Shown one piece after another: positions 18,431 to 28,118 of a stretch of 32,000 bases of DNA. The translations under genes were made by a program, and so were the position numbers. How positions within the stretch are numbered: the first letter of the stretch is position 1; each line of letters opens with the position of its first letter. Below the pieces are notes generated by a model that had not been told where the DNA came from, did not search any database, and saw only the letters and a list, made by a program, of their open reading frames with translations. The stretch is from Candidatus Kuenenia stuttgartensis (GTDB taxonomy: Bacteria > Planctomycetota > Brocadiia > Brocadiales > Brocadiaceae), in the NCBI RefSeq assembly GCF_900232105.1, contig NZ_LT934425.1, forward strand, positions 3,810,001-3,842,000. Direction: 5' to 3'.

Positions 18431-19525
18431 TTATTTCTTCATGTGTTTTTTCAATTCGTTTACGTATTGCGGCAACTGTCTGTACAAATGCTTTTTCTTG
18501 CGTGCTTTTGCCTTTGATAATGCATAAGAGGCAAGTATTGGCGTTGCAATTGTTGCGTCACAATAGACAACTACGTGGTTCTTTATCTCTTCTATCCGCA
18601 TTTTGCCCCACGAAATAGCTTCACTAGGCGTTGCCCCGGAAAGCCCTCCCCATTGAGGCGCATCGGTGGTAATCTGAATAAAGTAGTCGTGCCCCCCCTT
18701 ATTTATATCGAGTATTTGAGCAAGGGTCGGCTGGGTTTGCATATAGAAGTTTTTTGGCGAGCCGCCTCCAATGCTTACTACACCATTTAATGTGCTGTTA
18801 AATACTATAGCAGTGGATTGAATAACATCAATATCGGTATCGATTACAAGGTTGTTTCCTTGTAATTTCAGATACGACAAATTCATGCCGATGGATGAAT
18901 CTCCGGGCGATGAAACGAAGACAGGTACATTATACTTTGCTGCCTGCGCGACAAAACTCAATTGCGGTGACGACGTTTCGGAGAGAACCGCCTTCCCTAG
19001 CAGATAATGAAAATCAGCAGTAGAAATAGGTTCAGTATTTGAAATCCCCTTTGTTACGTCCTGGATAAATTTGTCGGTCTTCAGGAGCAGTTCATCGGTG
19101 ATAAAAATATCATAAATTCGTTCAATACCAGCATGATATAATTCGGTATCATCCACCCGGAAATCTCCCTGATGAATGGGCAAGTTTAAGGCAAAGTGGA
19201 GATCGTGGTAGAGATTGGCGCCGGTAGAGATAATAAAATCAACAAATCCTTTTTCCATAAGGCTTATGAGAGTTCCGCCCATGCCAGTGGGGGTCATTGC
19301 GCCGGAGAGCGTTACGCCGACGGTAACATCTTTGCTAAGCATATGGCAGTAAAGCTTGCAGGCCTCTGCGAGTCTTCCTCCATTAAATGCCCCCGAATGG
19401 CTAAATACGTCAACGAGATCACTAACGCTCATCCCCTTCTTCAAAAATTGCGGAAGTATTTGCGGTTTGCATAAATATTTTCTTTGTAATTGACACTGGT
19501 TCGTTCGTTTTGTTTTATCAGGCAT
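18431..19525 (-). CDS. Deoxyhypusine synthase-like protein
   Basis: DVFSHSGAFNGGRLAEACKLYCHML...GVTLSGAMTPTGMGGTLISLMEKGFVDFIISTGANLYHDLHFAL...GGGSPKNFYMQTQPT...DAPQWGGLSGATPSEAISWGK: characteristic deoxyhypusine synthase family motifs. Confidence 0.9.
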   Translation of the reverse strand: MPDKTKRTNQCQLQRKYLCKPQILPQFLKKGMSVSDLVDVFSHSGAFNGGRLAEACKLYCHMLSKDVTVGVTLSGAMTPTGMGGTLISLMEKGFVDFIISTGANLYHDLHFALNLPIHQGDFRVDDTELYHAGIERIYDIFITDELLLKTDKFIQDVTKGISNTEPISTADFHYLLGKAVLSETSSPQLSFVAQAAKYNVPVFVSSPGDSSIGMNLSYLKLQGNNLVIDTDIDVIQSTAIVFNSTLNGVVSIGGGSPKNFYMQTQPTLAQILDINKGGHDYFIQITTDAPQWGGLSGATPSEAISWGKMRIEEIKNHVVVYCDATIATPILASYALSKAKARKKKHLYRQLPQYVNELKKHMKK

Positions 19526-19730
19526 CGTTGAAGACTCTTTATTTTTGTTAAGGTTTCTTATGAAAAATATTTACAATAAACTATCGTACCTAATCCGTAA
19601 CAATATAGTTTTTTGAAAAAGTAGGGGCGTAAGCGCGATAAAATATATATCACAGTGCCAGTTGAGTCAATTGAATAATAAAAAATGTGGTAACTCTTTG
19701 GTTTTTTGAAAAAGGCTTCATCTTTTATGA

Positions 19731-20786
19731 TTACAACAACGGGAGAGAGCACAGGATTTCTTTTTGTATATTTTCGGTAGTAATAGATTCCAGACAGATT
19801 TTCGGAAAACAGGTTTTTCTTACTTCATCAGAACAAGGGCTGCATGATGTTGGGCGGTAACATATGTTAACTGATTTTCCGCGAGGACCCCATACGGCAG
19901 GATCGGTAGGGCCAAATATTGACAGCGTAGAAATTCCCATTGCTGCGGCCAGGTGGGTAATGCCGGAATCATTGCCAATAAAGAGGTCGCACTGTTGTAA
20001 TATTGCGGCGAGTTTTGGCAGTGGTTGATTATCGATTACGCAGATATTTTTTTTGGGTAAATTACCGGCATTTTTGGTGACCACGGTATCTGCCGGCCCC
20101 TTTATAATAAAAATTTGTGCGTTAAGACGCTCTATTAACCAATGAATTATTGAAGAGTAGTTTATGAAGGGCCATGATTTATGGATACTGCCGCTTCCGG
20201 GATGGATTGCTATTGTTTTTTGTCCGGCATTGGGGGCGTTATCTCGAAAAAAATCCTTTCCGGCTTTCAGGTCTTCCTCATTCAGGTAGATAATTGGCGA
20301 AGTGTTTGAATATGGTATTTCCAGTAATTTCAGGAAATTCAGAAAATGATTACTGATATGAACTGGTTCTGAATTATTGGGGAAAGGATTATAGCAAAGA
20401 ACCTTTCGTGCCCCGGATTTTTTAAGATTTTCGGAGAAAATGGTATCCTTGTCAGAAACAAACGCAATGATTAAATCAAATTTAGAAAATCTTTTTGTTA
20501 ACGTATCAGGGAGTAACGCGTTTTTTCTGAATAATGATGAAACATCTGACTGATCAAATCTGCTCAAGGCATTGGCATAGAAACGGCCATGAACGATTTC
20601 CAGATATGAGGGATAGCCCATAATTTCAATGTATGCGTTTGGAAAGTATTCTCGCAAAGCATGCAGGGCGGGTAAGGTAATAATAAGATCGCCGATAGCG
20701 CAAGGGCGTAGGATGAGTATGTGTTTTTCTGGCGGCAATTTCTTTGCAATTTTTGACAAAATATTAAACGATGAAATACGAAACAC
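19731..20786 (-). CDS. Glycosyltransferase family 9 (LPS heptosyltransferase-like)
   Basis: ILILRPCAIGDLIITLPALHALREYFPNAYIEIMGYP...IAIHPGSGSIHKSWP...LFIGNDSGITHLAAAMGISTLSIFGPTDPAVWGPRG. Confidence 0.93.
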   Translation of the reverse strand: MFRISSFNILSKIAKKLPPEKHILILRPCAIGDLIITLPALHALREYFPNAYIEIMGYPSYLEIVHGRFYANALSRFDQSDVSSLFRKNALLPDTLTKRFSKFDLIIAFVSDKDTIFSENLKKSGARKVLCYNPFPNNSEPVHISNHFLNFLKLLEIPYSNTSPIIYLNEEDLKAGKDFFRDNAPNAGQKTIAIHPGSGSIHKSWPFINYSSIIHWLIERLNAQIFIIKGPADTVVTKNAGNLPKKNICVIDNQPLPKLAAILQQCDLFIGNDSGITHLAAAMGISTLSIFGPTDPAVWGPRGKSVNICYRPTSCSPCSDEVRKTCFPKICLESITTENIQKEILCSLPLL

Positions 20787-20793
20787 TCAATTT

Positions 20794-20827
20794 AATCCTC
20801 CCCCTTTTGGGGGTAAGGGGGAGGATT
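20794..20827. terminator. Strong GC hairpin between the zinc-ribbon gene and the GT9 gene (terminator or repeat)
   Basis: AATCCTCCCCC ... GGGGGAGGATT (11-bp stem) followed by TTTT on the + strand. Confidence 0.4.
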
Positions 20828-20937
20828 TTTGGGGTTTGTTTCGTGTTTCGTTCGTACTTCGAATTTCGTTTTTTTTATTTCGTGCTTGTTTGGTTCTGGC
20901 TATGCCAGCTTAAGAAACAAAGTGAAACAATTTTAAT

Positions 20938-21273
20938 TTATTCAGAGTCACATCCCTTCTCTTCCCTCTTCTTCTTTATCATTTCAGAAACCTTTTCTAC
21001 AAACTTGGGGTCTCCATCTTTTTCTGCTCGTTTTCTGGCTTCTTCTTTGATTTTTTTCACATCGAGGATGTCACCCATGCACTCTTCGGCAGAACTGCAC
21101 CACTCAACACAGGTGGGCACCTTGTCTTTAAATATGGTAGTTCCGCATTTCGGGCAATCTGCCTTTTCCTCGTCACTCCACATTTCAACATCACAGCCGC
21201 AATTATCACATTTCCGGTCGATTGGTGTAGGGGTAGCGTTTCTTATACTACCGGGGCATTTAACTTTAGCCAT
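20938..21273 (-). CDS. Small zinc-ribbon-like hypothetical protein
   Basis: MAKVKCPGSIRNATPTPIDRKCDNCGCDVEMWSDEEKADCPKCGTTIFKDKVPTCVEWC...; CxxC pairs. Start chosen at the internal Met of ORF 20938-21327. Confidence 0.65.
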   Translation of the reverse strand: MAKVKCPGSIRNATPTPIDRKCDNCGCDVEMWSDEEKADCPKCGTTIFKDKVPTCVEWCSSAEECMGDILDVKKIKEEARKRAEKDGDPKFVEKVSEMIKKKREEKGCDSE

Positions 21274-21548
21274 TCCGTTTCTCCTTATATTAAGGGGTAA
21301 TGCTTTTTCTTTATTAAGCACCTTCATTATGTATCTTTATCTAAAATAAAATCCTATGTGAATTTGCTTCGCAGGTCAAGAATTTTCTCAATCGCAAGCC
21401 GATAAAGATCAGAGATGAGGTGCATTCCCATATTCTAACAAAAGAATAACAGAAAATTTCATAGAGCGGTAAAGCCGCAATCAAAATGTTACGGATTTTG
21501 TAATTTGGGCATTGGAATTTTACCGCATTACTTGACCTCAAAATAATC

Positions 21549-21577
21549 TTGACATTAAATATATCAATATGTTAGCT
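21549..21577 (+). promoter_or_regulatory. Candidate promoter of the DAHP synthase leader
   Basis: TTGACA (21549-21554), 17-nt spacer, TTAGCT (21572-21577; weak -10), preceded by TG. Confidence 0.4.
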
Positions 21578-21610
21578 TTTTGTGGTTCATAAACATAGGT
21601 GGGGAGAAAT

Positions 21611-21643
21611 ATGTATTTTTACTATAACATAAGGTGCTCTTAG
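21611..21643 (+). CDS. Candidate leader peptide MYFYYNIRCS* for transcription attenuation
   Basis: atg tat ttt tac tat aac ata agg tgc tct tag, preceded by AGGTGGGGAG. Four aromatic codons directly after the start, upstream of an aromatic-biosynthesis gene. Confidence 0.6.
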   Translation: MYFYYNIRCS

Positions 21644-21675
21644 GGTTTAGTATTGTATAAAAAGATTAATTTGTT

Positions 21676-21709
21676 ACCCTAAAACTAACGGTTTTAGGGT
21701 TTTTTTTTT
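21676..21709 (+). terminator. Rho-independent terminator in the leader of the DAHP synthase gene (candidate attenuator)
   Basis: ACCCTAAAAC (676-685) / GTTTTAGGGT (691-700), 5-nt loop, then a T run. No + strand gene upstream in the preceding 3.7 kb. Confidence 0.8.
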
Positions 21710-21742
21710 GCCTATAGAATTATATGGTTGGGGGTATAGCCA

Positions 21743-22759
21743 ATGATTATTGTGATGAAGGCTGAGTCGACAAAAGAAGATGTTGCTCATGTCCTTAAAG
21801 AAATTGAGAAGACCGGCTTAAAAGGCGTTCTTTTGCAGGGAACAAACAGGAATGTGATTGCGGTAATTGGTGATGAACGCATTTTGCCGCAGGATTTTTG
21901 GGATGTATTGCCAGGGGTGGAAAAGAGCGTTCCTATATTAGCGCCTTATAAGCTGGCAAGCAGGGAAGGGAAGGATTTTAATACGATAATACATCTGCCA
22001 AATGGCAAAACTATCGGGGGGGAAAAGATTGCGGTAATAGCAGGTCCGTGTGCGATAGAGAGCAAGGAGCAGATCGTTGAGATTGCAAAGAGAGTGAAAG
22101 ATGCAGGCGCTACCGCAATACGGGGAGGTGCTTTTAAACCCAGAAGCAATCCGTACACGTTCCAGGGCCTTATGGAGGAGGGCTTGATACACATGGCCCA
22201 TGCCCGTGATGTTACGGGGTTGCCAATAGTTACAGAAATTCTGACCCCTGAGCATGTTAAATTAGTGAGCAAATATAGTGACATATTGCAAGTCGGAACC
22301 CGCAATATGCAAAATTTCCTGCTTTTGCGGGCAGTAGGTGAGTCCGGAAAGCCGGTAATCTTAAAACGAGGTATGTCGGCGACTCATGATGAATTTCTGC
22401 TTGCAGCGGAATATATATTATCACAAAATAATCCTAACGTGATTTTGTGTGAAAGGGGGATTAGAACATTTGAGACGTTTACGCGCTTCACCTTGTCGTT
22501 GAGCATTGTGCCGGTACTGAAAGAAATGACACATTTACCTGTTATTGTTGATCCCAGCCATGGTACTGGAAAACGCTCTCTTGTGAACCCCATGTCGAAG
22601 GGGGCCATTGCGGTTGGCGCAGATGGTTTAATTATAGAAACACACCCGGACCCTGAAAAATCGTTTGTGGACGGACCTCAAACAATTGATCTTGATGCTT
22701 TTGCGCAACTGATGGAGGAATTGAAACCTGTTGCCAGGGCAGTAGGAAGAGAGATATAA
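21743..22759 (+). CDS. aroF: 3-deoxy-7-phosphoheptulonate (DAHP) synthase
   Basis: N-terminal ferredoxin-like domain (MIIVMKAESTKEDVAHVLKEIEKTGLK) then VIAGPCAIESKEQIVEIAKRVKDAGATAIRGGAFKPRSNPYTFQGL...PVIVDPSHGTGKRSLV. Confidence 0.95.
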   Translation: MIIVMKAESTKEDVAHVLKEIEKTGLKGVLLQGTNRNVIAVIGDERILPQDFWDVLPGVEKSVPILAPYKLASREGKDFNTIIHLPNGKTIGGEKIAVIAGPCAIESKEQIVEIAKRVKDAGATAIRGGAFKPRSNPYTFQGLMEEGLIHMAHARDVTGLPIVTEILTPEHVKLVSKYSDILQVGTRNMQNFLLLRAVGESGKPVILKRGMSATHDEFLLAAEYILSQNNPNVILCERGIRTFETFTRFTLSLSIVPVLKEMTHLPVIVDPSHGTGKRSLVNPMSKGAIAVGADGLIIETHPDPEKSFVDGPQTIDLDAFAQLMEELKPVARAVGREI

Positions 22760-22817
22760 AGTAATAGTCAGACCTTGTTGTTATTTATTATCCATTTTTT
22801 TTAAAAGGAACCTTAGT

Positions 22818-23072
22818 ATGGAATATATTGAAAAAGTAATAGAACAACTCTCAAATGAAACATTGCACAGTTTGAAAGAAATGCACAAAGTGAAAGATAG
22901 CAATGAACGAAAAACTCAAGCCGAGATAGTTCATCTGCTCTGCCAATCGATGAGTTCGCTCATATCCAGCACGGCATCAATGATGTCCGAAGTTCATGAT
23001 TTCAATGATGAAGACGAAGATTTTGAGGATGAAGATGAAGATTTTGAAGATGAGGATGAAGATAAGTTTTAA
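22818..23072 (+). CDS. Small protein with strongly acidic repetitive tail
   Basis: 84 aa, C-term DFNDEDEDFEDEDEDFEDEDEDKF; plausible start and position 58 bp downstream of aroF. Confidence 0.6.
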   Translation: MEYIEKVIEQLSNETLHSLKEMHKVKDSNERKTQAEIVHLLCQSMSSLISSTASMMSEVHDFNDEDEDFEDEDEDFEDEDEDKF

Positions 23073-23169
23073 TCGTACTACGTATGCAAATGCAGTGTAA
23101 GAGATTAAAGACATCATAATCACAGTAAGTCTGTGATATTTTACATGGCGGGGGATTACCAGATTTCTT

Positions 23170-23670
23170 ATGCGCAGACGAGATAAAGAGATTACGGATC
23201 GAAAAGAAATTGATGAAATATTGACAAAGGTAAAAACAGGCAGACTAGGTACATGTTGCCGGGAAATCCCTTATATCACACCGATGAATTTTACTTATGA
23301 CAGTGAAGCGCTGAAAATATTTCTTCACTGTGCAAACGAAGGGAAAAAACTGGAGAATATCCGTATTAACCGGAATGTTTGCTTTGAAGTTGATGATGTA
23401 GCAGAGATCATTGTGAAACAACCAACGTGTGCTTCTTCTGTTGCGTATCGCTCAGTAGTTTTATTTGGCACAATAAAGGAAGTAACTGACCATGAAGAAA
23501 AGAATTATGCCTTACAGAAACTTGCTGAAAAATACGCCCCACAGAATCCTAAAACCCCATTCACTGACGCAGCGCTGAGCAGGACCAATGTACTCGAAAT
23601 ACAGATCAATGAAATGACTGCGAAGAGAAGTCCTGCCAGACCCGCGCATGCCGATCCTGCAAAAAAGTAA
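23170..23670 (+). CDS. Pyridoxamine 5'-phosphate oxidase-like (NimA-type) flavoprotein
   Basis: KTGRLGTCCREIPYITPMNFTYDSEALKIFLHCANEGKKLENIRINRNVCFEVDD...YRSVVLFGTIKEVTD. Confidence 0.85.
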   Translation: MRRRDKEITDRKEIDEILTKVKTGRLGTCCREIPYITPMNFTYDSEALKIFLHCANEGKKLENIRINRNVCFEVDDVAEIIVKQPTCASSVAYRSVVLFGTIKEVTDHEEKNYALQKLAEKYAPQNPKTPFTDAALSRTNVLEIQINEMTAKRSPARPAHADPAKK

Positions 23671-23697
23671 ATAATTTAATATTGAGGAAAGATTATT

Positions 23698-24885
23698 ATG
23701 GAGATTATTGTTTCAAAAAGATTACAGTCTATTGGCGCTTATGCGTTTGCAGAGGTAGATAAGGAAGTTGAAAAGTTGAGAGCAATGGGAGTTACCCCGA
23801 TTGATTTTGGAGTAGGAGACCCGACCGTTCCCACTCCTGAGATCATTCGCAAGGCGACGCAGGAGGGGATCACGAAGCGTAAGTCGTCAGGATACCCAAG
23901 CTATATTGGTACCGCCGAGTTTAGGCAAACAATCGCACAATGGACAAAGAAAAGATTCGGAGTCACGTTAGACCCTTCCACAGAGATTTCTTCCACAATT
24001 GGATCAAAAGAGGGGATTTTTAACTTTCATGAAGGGTTCATTGATCCCGGCGACTATGTAATAATTCCTACTCCCGGATATCCCCCATACACACGAGGAA
24101 CATTGTTTGCCGAGGGTACGCCCTATTATGTGCCGCTTCTGAAAGAAAATAATTTTCTTATGGACTTGAAATCGATCCCGGAAGAGGTATGCAAAAGGGC
24201 GAAGATTTTATGGCTTAATTACCCGAACAGCCCGACAGGGGCCGTTGCGCCGTTGTCTTATTTAAAAGAAGCAGTGGAATTTGGCAAAAGGCATAACATT
24301 ATTGTTGCATCGGATGAGGCATACAGTGAGATATATTTTAATGAACCGCCGCACAGTATTCTTGAAGTGGCAAAAGAGGGGGTCATTGTTTTTAATTCGT
24401 TGTCTAAGAGAAGCGCAATGACGTGTTACCGCATCGGCTGGGTTGCAGGAGACAAAAAGATTGTTGATGTTTTTAAAAAGGTGAAAACGAATATTGATTC
24501 AGGGACGCCCACCTTTATACAGGATGGCGCAATCGCTGCATTGAGTGACGAAACACACGTCGGGGAAATGCGGGCTGATTATAAACTGAAGAGAGACCTG
24601 CTCGTTACCGCATTCAAAAAAATCAATCTTCCCGATTGCACCCCTGAGGCTACCATCTATTTATGGCAGAAAGTGCCTCAGGGAATGAGTTCGGTGGAAT
24701 TTGCTAAAAAGCTTCTTTCTCCAGACATCGCCATAGTAACTACGCCGGGAGGATGGATCAGTGATAAAACAGAAAGCGGTATAAATCCAGGTGAGGGATA
24801 TGTCCGATTCGCGTTGGTTCCCGGTATCGAAGATACAAAAAAGGCTGCAAAGCGGATAGAGGAACAACTATCAAAAATTATATGA
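23698..24885 (+). CDS. Class I/II pyridoxal-phosphate aminotransferase, LL-diaminopimelate aminotransferase-like
   Basis: IDFGVGDPTVPTPEIIRKA...WLNYPNSPTGAVAP...IVASDEAYSEIYF...VFNSLSKRSAMTCYRIGWVAGD. Confidence 0.85.
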   Translation: MEIIVSKRLQSIGAYAFAEVDKEVEKLRAMGVTPIDFGVGDPTVPTPEIIRKATQEGITKRKSSGYPSYIGTAEFRQTIAQWTKKRFGVTLDPSTEISSTIGSKEGIFNFHEGFIDPGDYVIIPTPGYPPYTRGTLFAEGTPYYVPLLKENNFLMDLKSIPEEVCKRAKILWLNYPNSPTGAVAPLSYLKEAVEFGKRHNIIVASDEAYSEIYFNEPPHSILEVAKEGVIVFNSLSKRSAMTCYRIGWVAGDKKIVDVFKKVKTNIDSGTPTFIQDGAIAALSDETHVGEMRADYKLKRDLLVTAFKKINLPDCTPEATIYLWQKVPQGMSSVEFAKKLLSPDIAIVTTPGGWISDKTESGINPGEGYVRFALVPGIEDTKKAAKRIEEQLSKII

Positions 24886-24977
24886 TGATAGGGAAATTAG
24901 TGACACAATGCCTGGCGGGTTCAGGTTTGCAATCTGAATACATAGTTTAATGTTGTTTGAGATATATCCGGAAAATT

Positions 24978-25955
24978 ATGAAAAAACGATTATTTAGCGG
25001 AATCCAGCCGAGCGGGGAAGTTCATATAGGAAACTATCTGGGTGCAATAAAGAATTGGGTAGGGATGATTGATCGATACGATTGTATTTTCTGTATTGTC
25101 GATTACCATGCGATAACGGTCGAATACGACCCTAAAGAAATGCAAAACCGAATTATTAACGCTGCGGCAGTTAATATTGCAGCCGGACTTGACCCAAATA
25201 AATGCATCCTCTTTGTGCAATCTCATGTACCGGAACACACGGAACTTGCCTGGATACTGAATACTGTGACGCCTATGGGTCACCTGGAAAGAATGACTCA
25301 GTTCAAAGATAAGGCAAAGCAGCACAGGGATAATATTAATGCTGGTTTATTTACCTACCCCGTCTTGCAGGCGGCAGATATATTGGTTTATAAGGCGGAA
25401 GCGGTGCCTATTGGTGAAGACCAGGTACAGCATATAGAATTGGCAAGAGAGATTGCCCGAAAGTTTAATTCGCGGTACGGAGAAATATTTCCTGACCCGA
25501 AAGAAATACTTTCAGATGCCCCAAGGATTATGGGCATTGATGGGAAGACAAAGATGAGCAAAAGTAGGGATAATTATATCTCGTTGGTAGAATCTTCTGA
25601 GTCTATATGGAAAAAATTGTCTACAGCGGTAACGGATGAGAATCGGAAGAGACGGACAGACCCGGGGAATCCTGAAATATGCAACCTTTTTACTTTACAT
25701 AAGCATTATTCTTCCATTGAACAAATAGAACGAATCAACAGGGAATGCCGTACTGCGGAGATAGGTTGTGTTGAATGCAAAAAAATATTGTATGAAAATA
25801 TCATAAAAGCATTATCTCCCATACGGGAAAAATATGAAGAGTTAATAAAAGATAAGCATTCTATAATTGATATATTGCACGAAGGTGCAAAAAAGTGTAA
25901 GAACATGGCGGAGATTACCATGGCAGAAGTACGAAGACAAATGGGACTGACTTAG
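24978..25955 (+). CDS. trpS: Tryptophanyl-tRNA synthetase
   Basis: MKKRLFSGIQPSGEVHIGNYLGAIKNW...TYPVLQAADILVYKAEAVPIGEDQVQHIELAREIARKFN...KMSKSRDNYISL. Confidence 0.96.
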   Translation: MKKRLFSGIQPSGEVHIGNYLGAIKNWVGMIDRYDCIFCIVDYHAITVEYDPKEMQNRIINAAAVNIAAGLDPNKCILFVQSHVPEHTELAWILNTVTPMGHLERMTQFKDKAKQHRDNINAGLFTYPVLQAADILVYKAEAVPIGEDQVQHIELAREIARKFNSRYGEIFPDPKEILSDAPRIMGIDGKTKMSKSRDNYISLVESSESIWKKLSTAVTDENRKRRTDPGNPEICNLFTLHKHYSSIEQIERINRECRTAEIGCVECKKILYENIIKALSPIREKYEELIKDKHSIIDILHEGAKKCKNMAEITMAEVRRQMGLT

Positions 25956-26189
25956 ATAATGAGCAACTAAAAGCAATCGGCAGTCCACAGTCTGCAATTT
26001 GCCGACCGCCGACTGTATATTGAAGACTGTAGAAGAGACCAGTAAATATTTTGCCAATAAATGCAAAGAAATTACTGATAAGGTACTAAGAAGCGAAACA
26101 TATTTACCGCCTTGTGGCACACCTCAGACTCCATTCCCACTTATTTTAGCGAACATAAGCGTTTTTCCAGAATTATAGAAAAAGAAAAG

Positions 26190-27887
26190 ATGTCAGACCA
26201 ATTCAAGAAAACAATAGTTTCTTTATTAGCAGCAAAAACAAATCTTTCCGAAGACGAAATAGATAAATACATTGAAATACCTCCTGACCCAAAGATGGGG
26301 GATTATGCATTTCCCTGCTTCAGTCTTTCAAAAATGCTGAAAAAACCTCCCGCGAAGATTGCTTCAGAATTAGCCGACCTCCTGCATCCTGTTAGCCCGA
26401 TAAATAAGATAGAAGCAACAGGCCCCTATCTGAATTTGTTTTTAGACAAGGCAATATTCTCTGCGGTTGTTTTAAAGAAAATTGTGAATGAAGGTGACAC
26501 ATATGGCTGCGATACCATTGGCAAGGGGAAAACCGTTGTTATTGATTACTCCTCCCCAAACATCGCAAAACACCTTGCCGTCCATCATCTTCGCTCGGCA
26601 TTAATTGGAAATGCACTGTATAATATTTACGGGAATTTAGGGTACAAATGCATAGGGATCAACCATCTTGGTGATTGGGGGACGCAGTTTGGTCAATTGA
26701 TTGTTGCATATAGAAAATGGGGAGAAAAGGATCTCGAACAACATACCATTACCGACTTAAACAAACTCTACGTTACCTTTCATCGTGAAGCGGAAAAGGA
26801 TAATCATCTGGAGGACGAAGCGAGGGAATGGTTTAAAAAACTGGAGGCAGGAGACGCAGAGGCGATGGAGTTATGGGAACGTTTCAAGGATATCAGCCTT
26901 AAAGAGTTTCAAAGGATATATAAGATGCTAGGGATTCATTTTGACGCCTTTGTTGGCGAGAGTTTTTACAATACAATGGTTGAGGATACAGTATCGGGGA
27001 TTAAGAAGAAAGGGTTAGCCTGTATCAGCGAGCAGGCATTAATCGTAAATCTCGAGGCGTATAATATGCCGCCATGTTTGCTTAGAAAAAAGGACGGTAC
27101 AACACTTTATGCAACACGCGACATTGCAGCGGCAGAGTACCGGAAATCTGTATATGATTTTGAAAAAATGATTTATGTAGTTGGTTCTGAACAAAAACTT
27201 CACTTTTGTCAGATATTTAAGGTTTTGGAGTTAATGGGATATGACTGGGCAAGCCAGTGTGTCCATGTGGATTTCGGCCTTATGAAATTTAAAGAGGGCA
27301 AGATGTCCACCCGCAAGGGGCGGGTCATATTGTTGGAAGACTTATTAATTGAGGCAGTAGACCGTATCAAAAGGATTATTGAAGAAAAGAATCCTTTGCT
27401 AAAGGACAAGGAAATGGTTGCAAGGGATGTGGGTATTGGGGCGGTTATATTTGCTGATTTAAGCACAAAACGAAACAAGGATGTAATATTTGATTGGGAT
27501 ACCGTATTAAATTTTGAAGGAGAGACGGGACCTTATGTGCAGTATACTCACGCCCGTCTTTGCAGCATTTTGAGGAAATATGGAAAAGATGTAACTACGG
27601 ACATTGATTATCCATTATTAAATGAAGATGATGCCATTCATCTTATAAAGAATCTATGGCAATATCCCTTTGTAGTACTAAAAGCGGCACAGTTTTATGA
27701 GCCGTCATTAGTGAGTAATTATCTTATTGATATTTGTGCCGGTGTAAATAAGTTCTATAATGCTCACAGGGTATTATCCGAAGATGAAGGGCTTACAAAA
27801 GCAAGAATACTTCTGGTAGATGCCGCCAGGCAAATCATAAAAAATGGTTTAAAAATCCTTGGCATGCAGGCGCCTGTGGAAATGTAA
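26190..27887 (+). CDS. argS: Arginyl-tRNA synthetase
   Basis: MSDQFKKTIVSLLAAKTNL...VVIDYSSPNIAKHLAVHHLRSALIGNALYNIYGNLGYKCIGINHLGDWGTQFG...MSTRKGRVILLEDLL...YTHARLCSIL. Confidence 0.96.
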   Translation: MSDQFKKTIVSLLAAKTNLSEDEIDKYIEIPPDPKMGDYAFPCFSLSKMLKKPPAKIASELADLLHPVSPINKIEATGPYLNLFLDKAIFSAVVLKKIVNEGDTYGCDTIGKGKTVVIDYSSPNIAKHLAVHHLRSALIGNALYNIYGNLGYKCIGINHLGDWGTQFGQLIVAYRKWGEKDLEQHTITDLNKLYVTFHREAEKDNHLEDEAREWFKKLEAGDAEAMELWERFKDISLKEFQRIYKMLGIHFDAFVGESFYNTMVEDTVSGIKKKGLACISEQALIVNLEAYNMPPCLLRKKDGTTLYATRDIAAAEYRKSVYDFEKMIYVVGSEQKLHFCQIFKVLELMGYDWASQCVHVDFGLMKFKEGKMSTRKGRVILLEDLLIEAVDRIKRIIEEKNPLLKDKEMVARDVGIGAVIFADLSTKRNKDVIFDWDTVLNFEGETGPYVQYTHARLCSILRKYGKDVTTDIDYPLLNEDDAIHLIKNLWQYPFVVLKAAQFYEPSLVSNYLIDICAGVNKFYNAHRVLSEDEGLTKARILLVDAARQIIKNGLKILGMQAPVEM

Positions 27888-27991
27888 ACAAGGGGAGCAT
27901 TCACAAATATTTGTAGATTCCTCATTCTTGTTCCCAAGCGCCGGCTTGGGAACACAATTGTAGTAATATTTTAGTTTTTTGAAGAAAAATC

Positions 27992-28118
27992 GTAACTATT
28001 CAGCGTAAACGATACACGGCTCGTTCCCGAACAGATACTTCACTATGTTCAGTACAAGGTTTGGGAACGAGTTGCGCTCTGATCTCCGGTAGTTTAATAA
28101 ATTACGCTGAATAGTTAC
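27992..28118. repeat. Intergenic element bounded by perfect 17-bp inverted repeats
   Basis: GTAACTATTCAGCGTAA (27992-28008) and TTACGCTGAATAGTTAC (28102-28118). AAAAATC occurs immediately left (27985-27991) and 1 nt right (28120-28126). Confidence 0.65.

Noticed and set aside
18297-18527. 76-aa + ORF at 18297
   Set aside because: Partly antisense to the 3' end of the deoxyhypusine-synthase-like gene, with low-complexity aromatic sequence; not supported as coding.
25842-26120. 92-aa minus ORF between trpS and argS
   Set aside because: Overlaps the trpS 3' end antisense, no recognised motif; likely spurious.
21743-27887. A dedicated biosynthetic gene cluster (aroF, aminotransferase, trpS, argS)
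   Set aside because: Genes are ordinary housekeeping functions with sizeable gaps and no cluster-specific tailoring, export or regulatory genes.
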